From: Gammaproteobacteria bacterium
Lineage (GTDB): Bacteria > Pseudomonadota > Gammaproteobacteria > Steroidobacterales > GCA-2729495
Assembly (NCBI GenBank): GCA_020851975.1
Contig: JADZBS010000030.1
Location: 2,101-66,100 of the forward strand
DNA length: 64,000 nt
Reading direction: 5' to 3'
How positions within the stretch are numbered: the first letter of the stretch is position 1; the number at the start of each line of letters is the position of its first letter. A program made the translations under genes and the position numbers. This document shows, in pieces, positions 8,578 to 17,221 of the stretch. The notes beneath the pieces were generated by a model. It saw nothing but the letters and a program-made list of their open reading frames with translations, was not told the DNA's origin and ran no database searches.

Positions 8578-11500
8578 ATGCCGAGCACGGAGCCCGGGCC
8601 TGTGGAACGATCGCGGCTGTATCTGGCCGACGAGGCGGCGCGGCTCGCTCCGCTGCTCGCGCGCGCCCGTCCCACGCCCGGCGAGCGTGCCCGGACACTG
8701 GCGATTGCGCAGGAACTCGTCACGCGCGTGCGCGCCCGTCGCCACGGCGGCGGGCTCGATGCCTTTCTCCACCAGTACGCGCTCACGACCCGCGAGGGTG
8801 TGCTGCTCATGTGCCTCGCCGAGGCGCTGCTGCGCGTCCCCGACGCCGGCACCGCCGACCGACTGATCCGCGACAAGATCGAGCAGGCCGACTGGGAGCG
8901 GCACCTCGGCCGCTCGCCGTCGCTCTTCGTCAATGCCTCGACCTGGGGGCTGATGCTCACCGGGCGCGTCGTCGAACTCGGCCATCTGCCGGGCGACTGG
9001 GCGGCGTCGCTGGGACGGCTGGTGGCACGCAGCGGCGAGCCGGTGATCCGCCAGGCGATGACCGTGGCGATGCGCATCCTCGGCGGCCAGTTCGTGCTCG
9101 GCCGCAGCATCGACGAGGCGCTGGCACGGGCGGCACCGTGGCGGGCCCGGGGCGGGTGCTGCTCCTTCGACATGCTCGGCGAGGCGGCGCTGACCGCGGC
9201 CGATGCCGAACGCTACCTGGATGCCTATCGCACCGCGATCGCGGCGGTGGGCGCTGCCGCCGACCCGGGGACGCATCTCCTGGCGCGGGATTCGGTGTCG
9301 GTGAAACTTTCGGCACTGCACCCGCGGTTCGAGCCGGCGCAGCGGCTGCGACTGCGCGCCGGGCTGCTGCCGCGCCTCGTGGCGCTGGCGCAGGCCGCAC
9401 GCAACGTGGGCATCGGGCTGACGCTCGATGCCGAGGAGGCCGACCGGCTGGAGCCGCAGCTCGAACTCCTCGAAGCGGCATACGCCGCGCCGGAACTTGC
9501 CGGCTGGAACGGGCTCGGCCTCGCCGTGCAGGCCTATGGCAAGCGGGCACCAGCGGTGATCGAAGCCCTGCGACAGCTGGCGCGGGCCCGGCGGTGCCGC
9601 ATCCCGGTGCGTCTGGTGAAGGGCGCCTACTGGGATACCGAGATCAAGCGGGCGCAGGAGCAGGGGCTGGAAGGCTATCCCGTCTACACGCGCAAGGTCG
9701 CCACCGATGTCGCCTACCTCGCCTGCGCGCGCGATCTCTTCGCCGATCCGCAGGCATTCTTCCCCATGTTCGCGACCCACAATGCGCACACGCTCGCCGC
9801 GGTGCTGGCCATGGCCCCGGCGGGCGCGGACTTCGAGTTCCAGCGCCTGCACGGCATGGGCGAGGCGCTCTACGAGGAACTTGCCGGTGTGGCCGGGCAG
9901 GACATCGCCTGCCGCGTCTACGCGCCGGTCGGCGCCCACGAGGACCTGCTCGCCTATCTGGTGCGGCGCCTGCTCGAGAACGGTGCGAACACCTCGTTCG
10001 TCAACCGCCTGGCCGACGATGCCGCGCCCGTCGACACGCTGCTCGCCGACCCGGCCGAGGTGCTCGCCGCGCTCGGGGCGGGTCCGAATCCGCGCATCCC
10101 GCTGCCGGCGGCCCTGTTCGCCGATCGGCGCAATGCGCGCGGCGTGCTGCTGGCTGACCCGGTGCGGGCCACGGATTTCCTGGCGGACGTGCGCGCCGCA
10201 CTCGCCACGCCGCTCGCCGCCTGCCCGCTGGTCGGCGGCGAGGCCCGCGAAGGGCCGAGCGCGCCGGTGACCGATCCGGCCGACCGCCGCCGCATCGCCG
10301 GCACCGTGGTGACCGCCACGCCGGGGCAGGTCGCCGAGGCGGTGGCGCGCGCCGGCGCGGCGCAGCGCGCCTGGGATGCGCTCGGCGGACCAGCGCGCGC
10401 AGCGATCCTCGAGCAAGCCGCTGACCGGTTCGAGCGCGAGACGCCGCTGTTCGTCGGCCTGTGCGCGCGCGAAGCGGGCAAGACCGTGGCGAACGGGCTG
10501 GCCGACCTGCGCGAGGCGGTCGATTTCCTGCGCTACTACGCGGCCGCGGCACGCACCGGCTTCGCCGGCCCGCACGCGTTGCCGGGGCCGACCGGCGAGC
10601 GCAATGAACTCACGCTGCATGGCCGGGGGGTCTTCGCCTGCATCAGCCCGTGGAACTTCCCGGTGGCGATCTTCACCGGCCAGGTCGCCGCGGCGCTCGC
10701 TGCCGGCAACACCGTGGTGGCCAAGCCGGCGGAGCAGACACCGCTCACCGCGTGGGTGGCGACGCGACTGCTGCATGCCGCCGGCGTTCCGGGCGACGTG
10801 CTGCACCTCGTGCCGGGCGACGGGCCCGGCGTGGGCGCGGCGCTGGTCGGGGAGGCGCGGCTCGCGGGCGTGGCCTTCACCGGCTCCACCGAGGTGGCGC
10901 GGACCATCCACCGCAGGCTCGCCGGGCGTGACGGGCCAATTGCCACGCTTGTCGCCGAGACCGGCGGCATCAACGCCATGATTGCCGATTCCACGGCGTT
11001 GCCCGAGCAGCTCGTGCGCGACGTCGTCGCCTCGGCCTTCGACAGCGCCGGCCAGCGCTGCTCGGCGCTGCGGGTACTGTTCGTGCAGGAAGACATCGCG
11101 CCGCGGGTGCTCGAGCTGCTCGCCGGCGCCATGGCCGAACTCGTCCTCGGCGACCCGCTGGACCTGGCCACCGACATCGGCCCGGTGATCGATGCCGGGG
11201 CGCTCGCCCGCCTCCAGGCGCATGCGGCACGCATGACACGCGAGGGGCGGCTCCTCGCCCGGACCGGACTGCCCGCGGCCTGCGACCACGGCAGTTTCTT
11301 CGCGCCAGTCGCCTGGGAGATCGATGCCATCGACCGGCTGCCGGGCGAGGTGTTCGGTCCGGCCCTGCACGTGGTGCGCTACGCCGCCTCGCACCTCGCC
11401 GGGGTCTGCGCGGCGATCGAGAACACCGGGTACGGACTCACGCTCGGCGTGCACTCGCGCATCGAGGAGACGGTGGCGTTCGTGCGCGCGCACGTGCGGG

Positions 11501-11709
11501 TCGGCAACCTGTACGTCAACCGCAATCAGATCGGTGCGGTCGTCGGTGCCCAGCCCTTCGGGGGCGAGGGCCTGTCAGGGACGGGACCGAAGGCGGGCGG
11601 TCCGCACTACCTGCAGCGCTTCGCGGTGGAGCGCGTCGCCTGCGTCAACACGGCGGCTGCCGGCGGCAATGCGGCGCTGTTCGCGATGGATGCCCCCGGC
11701 GACGCGTAG
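8578..11709 (+). CDS. putA: Bifunctional proline dehydrogenase / L-glutamate-gamma-semialdehyde dehydrogenase
   Basis: An N-terminal PRODH barrel region is followed by an ALDH domain (FTGSTEVA, ETGGINAMI, QRCSALR). I chose ATG 8578 as the start; ATG 8467 is also possible. Confidence 0.9.
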   Translation: MPSTEPGPVERSRLYLADEAARLAPLLARARPTPGERARTLAIAQELVTRVRARRHGGGLDAFLHQYALTTREGVLLMCLAEALLRVPDAGTADRLIRDKIEQADWERHLGRSPSLFVNASTWGLMLTGRVVELGHLPGDWAASLGRLVARSGEPVIRQAMTVAMRILGGQFVLGRSIDEALARAAPWRARGGCCSFDMLGEAALTAADAERYLDAYRTAIAAVGAAADPGTHLLARDSVSVKLSALHPRFEPAQRLRLRAGLLPRLVALAQAARNVGIGLTLDAEEADRLEPQLELLEAAYAAPELAGWNGLGLAVQAYGKRAPAVIEALRQLARARRCRIPVRLVKGAYWDTEIKRAQEQGLEGYPVYTRKVATDVAYLACARDLFADPQAFFPMFATHNAHTLAAVLAMAPAGADFEFQRLHGMGEALYEELAGVAGQDIACRVYAPVGAHEDLLAYLVRRLLENGANTSFVNRLADDAAPVDTLLADPAEVLAALGAGPNPRIPLPAALFADRRNARGVLLADPVRATDFLADVRAALATPLAACPLVGGEAREGPSAPVTDPADRRRIAGTVVTATPGQVAEAVARAGAAQRAWDALGGPARAAILEQAADRFERETPLFVGLCAREAGKTVANGLADLREAVDFLRYYAAAARTGFAGPHALPGPTGERNELTLHGRGVFACISPWNFPVAIFTGQVAAALAAGNTVVAKPAEQTPLTAWVATRLLHAAGVPGDVLHLVPGDGPGVGAALVGEARLAGVAFTGSTEVARTIHRRLAGRDGPIATLVAETGGINAMIADSTALPEQLVRDVVASAFDSAGQRCSALRVLFVQEDIAPRVLELLAGAMAELVLGDPLDLATDIGPVIDAGALARLQAHAARMTREGRLLARTGLPAACDHGSFFAPVAWEIDAIDRLPGEVFGPALHVVRYAASHLAGVCAAIENTGYGLTLGVHSRIEETVAFVRAHVRVGNLYVNRNQIGAVVGAQPFGGEGLSGTGPKAGGPHYLQRFAVERVACVNTAAAGGNAALFAMDAPGDA

Positions 11710-11752
11710 AATGCGCGCTGCCGCCCGACGGCGGCGCCGACGAGGTCACCCG

Positions 11753-12130
11753 ATGGACCATCACAAACTGGTCCTGCCCGAGCACATCAATCACCACGGC
11801 TTCCTGTTCGGCGGCTACCTGCTGCAGTGGATCGACGAGTTCGCCTGGATCACGGCCACCGTCGACTATCCCGGTTGCCGCTTCGTGACCGTGGCGATGA
11901 AGGACGTGCAGTTCCGCCGGCGCATCGCCATGGGCGAGGTGCTGCGGTTTGCCGTGACGCAGGTGAGTGCGGGGCGCACGTCGGTGCAGTACCGCATCCG
12001 CGCGCATGGCCTGGTGGTGGAGCCCGATCACGCCGCCGTGCTGTTCGAGACCTCCATCACCTTCGTCAACGTCGATGCCGACGGGCGCAAGGCGCCGCTG
12101 CCGGCGCGATCCGGGGGAGGGCAGTCATGA
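11753..12130 (+). CDS. Acyl-CoA thioesterase (hotdog, YciA-like)
   Basis: The translation MDHHKLVLPEHINHHGFLFGGYLLQWIDEFAWI... is typical of 4HBT/YciA-type thioesterases. Confidence 0.8.
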   Translation: MDHHKLVLPEHINHHGFLFGGYLLQWIDEFAWITATVDYPGCRFVTVAMKDVQFRRRIAMGEVLRFAVTQVSAGRTSVQYRIRAHGLVVEPDHAAVLFETSITFVNVDADGRKAPLPARSGGGQS

Positions 12131-12705
12131 ACCGGCTGGGTGGCATCCTGCTGAAAGGCCTGCTGACGACGCTGCCGATCGGCCTGACGATCTACAGCGT
12201 GTACTGGCTCGGCGTGACGGCCGAGTCGGTGCTCGCCCGGCCCATCAAGGCGGTCATCGACGATGCCAACTACTGGCCGGGCATGGGGCTGGTGACCGGT
12301 TTCGTGCTGCTGTTCTTCGTGGGGCTCGCCGTCAACGCTTTTCTGGTGCGCCGGGCGCTGAGTCTCGGCGAGGACCTGCTGCTGCGCGTGCCGGTCATCC
12401 GCACGATCTACAGCGCCATTCGCGACATCACGCGCCTGGTCGATACCAGCGGCCGCAAGGGCGACCTCCAGCGCGTCGTCACGGTGCCGTTCGGGCCCGG
12501 GCGCGTGATCGGCTTCGTGACCCAGGAGCACGGCGAGATCCTCGGGCCCGGGCACGAGGACGATCTCGTCGCGGTCTACCTGCCGATGAGCTACCAGATC
12601 GGCGGCTACACGGTGTACCTGCCACGCCGGGACATCCGCGAGACGCAACTCACCGTCGAGCAGGCGATGCGCGTGGTGCTGACCGGCGGCGTGCAGGGCC
12701 GCTGA
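12127..12705 (+). CDS. DUF502 family membrane protein
   Basis: The N-terminus (LLKGLLTTLPIGLTIYSVYWL) and overall layout fit DUF502. ATG 12127 overlaps the upstream TGA (ATGA). Confidence 0.75.
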   Translation: MNRLGGILLKGLLTTLPIGLTIYSVYWLGVTAESVLARPIKAVIDDANYWPGMGLVTGFVLLFFVGLAVNAFLVRRALSLGEDLLLRVPVIRTIYSAIRDITRLVDTSGRKGDLQRVVTVPFGPGRVIGFVTQEHGEILGPGHEDDLVAVYLPMSYQIGGYTVYLPRRDIRETQLTVEQAMRVVLTGGVQGR

Positions 12706-12711
12706 GCCGGC

Positions 12712-13995
12712 TCAGGCCGCGAGCAGGCTCTCGCGCAGGATCGCGAGCGCCTCGTCGAAGAGCGCCTCGCCGATGGTGAGCGGGAAGAGGAAGCGCAGCA
12801 CGTTGCCATCCACGCCGCAGGTGAGGAGCAGCAGGCCGCGGGCCAGCGCGGCCGCCTGGACGCGCTTCGTGAACTCCGCATCCGCCGTTCCGTCGGCCGG
12901 GTGCACGAACTCCGCCGCCACCATCGCCCCGAGGCCGCGCACGTCGCCGAGCCGGGGCGCCTCGCGGCGCATTCCCTCGAGCATCGCGCGCAGCCGCCCT
13001 CCGAGGTCCGCGCCGCGTTCGGGCAGGCGCTCGTCGGCCATCACCCCGATGACGGCGTGCGCGGCGGCCACGGCGAGCGGGTTGCCGGCGTAGGTGCCGC
13101 CGAGTCCGCCCGGTGCCGGGGCATCCATGATCGCGGCGCGGCCGGTGACCGCCGACAGCGGGATGCCGGCGGCAAGCGACTTGGCGCAGGCCAGCAGGTC
13201 CACGGTCACGCCCGTGCGCTCGAGGAAATGCTCCATGGCGAACAGCCGTCCGGTACGGCCGAAGCCGGTCTGCACCTCGTCGGCGATGAGCACGATGCCG
13301 TGGCGGTCGCACAGCTCGCGCAGCCAGGTCACGGCCTCGGTGCGGATGACGTTGAAGCCGCCCTCGCCCTGCACCGGCTCGAAGATCACGGCGGCCACGC
13401 GCTCGGGCTCGATCTCCGTGCGCAGGATGCGTTCGACGGCACGCTGTACTTCCGCGAGCGGGGTGCGCTCGCAGGGGAACGGCGCATGGAAGATCTCCGG
13501 CGGGAAGGGCCCGAAGCCGGCCTTGTACGGCTGCACCTTCCCAGTCAGCGAGACGGCGAACAGGCTGCGGCCGTGGAAGGCGCCGCCGAAGGCGATGACC
13601 CCGCCCCGCCGGGTGTGGGCGCGGGCGATCTTGATGGCGTTTTCCACCGCCTCGGCGCCGGTGGAGAACAGCGCGGTCTTCTTGGCGAAGTCCCCCGGCA
13701 CGAGCCGGTTCAGCTGCTCGGCGAGCGCCACGTAGCCCTCGTAGGGCACGACCTGGTAGCAGGTGTGGGTGAAGCGCTCGAGCTGTGCCTGCACGGCGGC
13801 GAGCACGCGCGGATGGCCGTGGCCGACATTCATGACGGCGATGCCGCCGGCGAAGTCGATGTAGCGCCGGCCTTCGACATCCCACAGCTCGGCGCCGCGG
13901 GCATGCCCGGCGAAAAAAGGCGCGAGCACGGCCACGCCACGCGGGGTGGCGGCAGCCTTGCGGGCCAGGAGGTCGGCGTTGGTGGCGGGGCTCAT
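12712..13995 (-). CDS. gabT: 4-aminobutyrate--2-oxoglutarate transaminase
   Basis: Class III aminotransferase. The N-terminus (RGVAV..PFFA..A.GAELWDVEGRRYIDFAGGIAVMNVGHGHP) and the DEVQTGFGRTG motif are GabT-like. Confidence 0.9.
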   Translation of the reverse strand: MSPATNADLLARKAAATPRGVAVLAPFFAGHARGAELWDVEGRRYIDFAGGIAVMNVGHGHPRVLAAVQAQLERFTHTCYQVVPYEGYVALAEQLNRLVPGDFAKKTALFSTGAEAVENAIKIARAHTRRGGVIAFGGAFHGRSLFAVSLTGKVQPYKAGFGPFPPEIFHAPFPCERTPLAEVQRAVERILRTEIEPERVAAVIFEPVQGEGGFNVIRTEAVTWLRELCDRHGIVLIADEVQTGFGRTGRLFAMEHFLERTGVTVDLLACAKSLAAGIPLSAVTGRAAIMDAPAPGGLGGTYAGNPLAVAAAHAVIGVMADERLPERGADLGGRLRAMLEGMRREAPRLGDVRGLGAMVAAEFVHPADGTADAEFTKRVQAAALARGLLLLTCGVDGNVLRFLFPLTIGEALFDEALAILRESLLAA

Positions 13996-14116
13996 CGGGC
14001 GCTCCGTGCGGCAGGCAGGAGCCGTGATTCTAGACCGTCACGGGCAGGCGAAGCCGCCGGCGTCGTGCCGGCTTCTGCTCACGCGGCCGGCAGCCCGGGG
14101 CCGGCGTGAGTGAGGG

Positions 14117-14884
14117 TCAGACCCGGTAGCTGTCGTCGGCGCGCGCCTCGGCGAGGCTGTTCGGCGGGTAGTTCGCCCACTTGTCCTCGTAGTAGCGCTG
14201 GCGCAGGTCGCCGGCGGAGCGGCGGTTGAAGGTGAGGTAGATGTTGCGCCGCTGCCGCTCGCTGGTGTTCGGCGGCGAGCCGTGCGGCACATAGGAGTCG
14301 AAGAACACGACATCGCCCGGGTTCGCCTCGAGCAGCGCGTAGTCCTCGGGTGGGGAGTACGGCGGGTCGTCGTGGGTCAGCGGCTGCCACTCGGGCGTCA
14401 TCAGGCTCTTCTGATAGCGGCCGGTCTGCAGGAACGACAGCGCGGCGTTGTCGCGCCGGTTGGCGTCGACCACGACGGCCATGGTGATGAAGAAGTCGCA
14501 GTAGGCGTTCCAGCCGGCAGCCTGGTCCTGGTGCAGCTTGTCGGCACGGCAGCCGGGCAGCTTGTAGTTGACCTTCTCCTTGAAGAGCACCGCAGGTTCG
14601 CCGAGCAGCTGGGCGAGCGCCTGCTCCGCCTTCGGCGACAGCAGCAGCCGGCTCACCTCGGCGTTGCCCGGTCCCATGAAATACTCCACCCGCACCAGCA
14701 GGTTGCGTCCCGTGACCGGGCTTTTCTCGTAGTAGCGGGCTTCCGGGCCCGAGCCGGGTGTGGAGGCAGCCAGTCGGTCGAGCCACTCGCCGACCTTGCC
14801 GATGTCGGCGGGCGGGATGAAGCCCTGGAGGACGATGAAACCGCGTCGCTGGAAGTCGCTGACCTGCCCGGGCGTGAGCGTCAT
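14117..14884 (-). CDS. Phytanoyl-CoA dioxygenase (PhyH) family Fe(II)/2-oxoglutarate oxygenase
   Basis: PhyH-like pattern (FQRRGFIVLQGF..., HQD, VFFDSYVPHGSPPN, R..IYLTF). AGGGAA lies 8 nt upstream of ATG 14884. ATG 14917 is an alternative start. Confidence 0.8.
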   Translation of the reverse strand: MTLTPGQVSDFQRRGFIVLQGFIPPADIGKVGEWLDRLAASTPGSGPEARYYEKSPVTGRNLLVRVEYFMGPGNAEVSRLLLSPKAEQALAQLLGEPAVLFKEKVNYKLPGCRADKLHQDQAAGWNAYCDFFITMAVVVDANRRDNAALSFLQTGRYQKSLMTPEWQPLTHDDPPYSPPEDYALLEANPGDVVFFDSYVPHGSPPNTSERQRRNIYLTFNRRSAGDLRQRYYEDKWANYPPNSLAEARADDSYRV

Positions 14885-14975
14885 GGCCGTGGTTCCCTGG
14901 GGAAAGATTGCGCGCATGGTGCGGTGCCGGCGCGGCCTGGCACCATTGCGGCTTCTACCGATGCAGGGCGGTCCG

Positions 14976-16157
14976 TCAGCCGGGCCGGCCGTCGGCCCGC
15001 GGCCGGAGCAGCATCGGGCCGAAGACGCCGAGATAGATGCCCCAGGCTGCGCTCCAGCAGCCGGCAGCGAGGAGCAGCATGGCGAAGTACTGCGACGGCC
15101 ACCAGGCGCTCGCCACCACCCGGACCAGGGCCGCCAGGGCCAGCAGGCCGTAGGCCGCCGCGGTGGCGGGGCCGGCGGCCAGTGCACGTCCGGTATGGCC
15201 GAGCGTGGTGCGGGTGGTGACGCCGAGGATCAGGGTGGCGACGACGCCGATGCCGAAGGCGTGCAGCCAATGCGCTGCCCAGGGTGCACTGCTCAGCAAT
15301 GCCGCGGCCTTGAGCAGGAAGCCGAGCGGCAGCCAGGCGTAGGCGACATGCAGCACCCAGAGTATCGGCACGGCGCCGGTTTGCAGGCTGCCCCAGCCGG
15401 CGAGCCGCCAGGCGTGCAGCACGGCGGCGACGAGCGCCAGCACCGCGGCGAGCCAGGCGGGTGACGGCCAGGCATCGGCGACGAGGACGGCGAGCATGAG
15501 CAGCGGCAGCGCCCGCTCCAGACCGCGGCGGCTGCGGGTGGTGAAGGACGCATCACGCCGGCGCAGGCTGCTCGCCGTGACGGCGGGAACGACCCGCCCG
15601 GCGACGATGGTCACCAGCAGCAGCACGACATCGAGCGTGGCGAGCAGGGCGCGGTGCGCGAGCCCGGCGTCCGCTCGCGCGAAGGCAGCGAGGAACGCTG
15701 CGTCGGCGATCCACAGCGCCAGGAGCACGGCAAGCATGGGCAGGTTGCGGTTGCGCTCGCGCAGCAGCGGTGGCGCGAGCAGGCCGGCGAGCAGCGGCAG
15801 CAGCGCGAGCTCGAGCGCCGCGACCAACGCGAACGGCAGCAGCGCAGCCAGCGAAAACACCACGCGTGCGGCGAGCCAGGCGCCGCCGAGGACGAGCAGC
15901 GGCGCACCGGCGAAACCGCGGCGTGCGGTGGAACTCGGTATCGCGGTGAGGAGGAAACCGCTGATCGCCGCGACCACGAAGCCGAAGAACATCTCGTGGC
16001 CGTGCCAGAGCGCGGCCGGCAGGCCCGGCAGCGGGGTGGTGCCGGTGGCAAGTACCAGCAGCCAGACCGGCACCACGAGGGCGGCGAAGACGCCGGCACC
16101 GAGGAAGAATGGCCGGAAGCCGTAGCCGAGGAGCGGCAGGCGTGTCAGCGGTGGCAC
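14976..16157 (-). CDS. nnrS: NnrS family heme/copper membrane protein (NO-response associated)
   Basis: GFRPFFLGAG..., WHGHEMFFGFV and GHTGR motifs with about 12 TM helices. The start is taken as GTG 16157; the long upstream extension in the track overlaps the neighbouring gene. Confidence 0.8.
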   Translation of the reverse strand: MPPLTRLPLLGYGFRPFFLGAGVFAALVVPVWLLVLATGTTPLPGLPAALWHGHEMFFGFVVAAISGFLLTAIPSSTARRGFAGAPLLVLGGAWLAARVVFSLAALLPFALVAALELALLPLLAGLLAPPLLRERNRNLPMLAVLLALWIADAAFLAAFARADAGLAHRALLATLDVVLLLVTIVAGRVVPAVTASSLRRRDASFTTRSRRGLERALPLLMLAVLVADAWPSPAWLAAVLALVAAVLHAWRLAGWGSLQTGAVPILWVLHVAYAWLPLGFLLKAAALLSSAPWAAHWLHAFGIGVVATLILGVTTRTTLGHTGRALAAGPATAAAYGLLALAALVRVVASAWWPSQYFAMLLLAAGCWSAAWGIYLGVFGPMLLRPRADGRPG

Positions 16158-16206
16158 GAATCGGGCGCTGTCGATGTGAACGGCCGTCGGCCTGTGGTGC
16201 GGGCGC

Positions 16207-17217
16207 CTAGCGCCAGACCGACTTCGGCGGCTCGTAGTTCGACAGCATCTGCAGGTAGTTGCCGCGCTCGAACGCCGCCGGATCAGGCGAGTGCTGCTGC
16301 GAGAGGCTGCCGCGCAGGTCGCCGACCGACGCGTACTCGTGACGCTCCATCCAGTCGACCACCCCATCGTGGATCCGGCTCAGCTGGCCGGGGCCGTTCA
16401 GCAACAGCGTGCTGCAGAGGTAGGTGACGTCGGCTCCGCAGAGGAGCATCTTCAGCGCGTCCTCGGCGGTGTGCACCCCGCCGGTGGCGGCGAGCGAGAG
16501 ATTCACCCGGCCCCGCAGCAGCGCCATCCAGCGCATGGCGAGCAGCGCATCCTTTGAACCCGACAGGTGCATGACCTGCGATACGTCGAGATTCCCGGTG
16601 TCGATGTCGGGCTGGTAGAAGCGGTTGAACAGCGCCACCCCGGCGGCTCCGGCGGCCTCGATGCGCGTCACCAGGTGACCGAGCGCGCTGTAGTACGGCG
16701 AGAGCTTGACCCCGATCGGCAGCGAGACCTGCGCCACGGTCTCCGTGAGGATGTCGATCACGCGCTGCTCGACCGCCGCCGGCGGCTCGGTGAAATCCGC
16801 GGCGATGTAGTAGATGTTGAGCTCGAGCGCGTCGGCGCCGGCCGCTTCGATGGCCCGGGCGTGGCGCACCCAGCCGCCTCGCGTGGTGCCGTTCAGGCTG
16901 GCTATCACCGGGATATCGAGCGCGGCCTTCAGCCGGCGCAGCTGCTCGAGGTATTCGTCGCGCTGGCTCGGGAATTCCTGATGCATCGGCAGGTAGCTCG
17001 AAGCCTCGGCGCTGCCGATGTCCTGCTGCAGGGCGAGCTGGGCGGCAAGCCGCTCATCGGCCTCGATTGCTTCCTCGAACAGCGAGTACATCACGATGGC
17101 GGCGGCGCCGGCGTCCTCGAGCTGGCGTGCCGGGTCGAGCCGCTTGGACAGCGGCGAGGAGGAAGGCACGAACGGGCTCTTCAATGCCAGGCCGAGATAC
17201 TGGGTGCTGAGATCCAT
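16207..17217 (-). CDS. Dihydroorotate dehydrogenase-like flavoprotein (the type commonly paired with PFOR)
   Basis: DHOD/TIM-barrel pattern (GLALKSPFVPSSSP..., IPVIASLNG, LELNIY, ATGGVHTAEDALK). It sits 4 nt downstream of PFOR. Confidence 0.8.
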   Translation of the reverse strand: MDLSTQYLGLALKSPFVPSSSPLSKRLDPARQLEDAGAAAIVMYSLFEEAIEADERLAAQLALQQDIGSAEASSYLPMHQEFPSQRDEYLEQLRRLKAALDIPVIASLNGTTRGGWVRHARAIEAAGADALELNIYYIAADFTEPPAAVEQRVIDILTETVAQVSLPIGVKLSPYYSALGHLVTRIEAAGAAGVALFNRFYQPDIDTGNLDVSQVMHLSGSKDALLAMRWMALLRGRVNLSLAATGGVHTAEDALKMLLCGADVTYLCSTLLLNGPGQLSRIHDGVVDWMERHEYASVGDLRGSLSQQHSPDPAAFERGNYLQMLSNYEPPKSVWR

Positions 17218-17221
17218 GGCT

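Noticed and set aside
8416-11493. A 1,025-aa antisense ORF opposite putA.
   Set aside because: It has no recognisable domain. putA in the plus frame is colinear with the known PRODH and ALDH domains, so this is an antisense artefact of the GC content.
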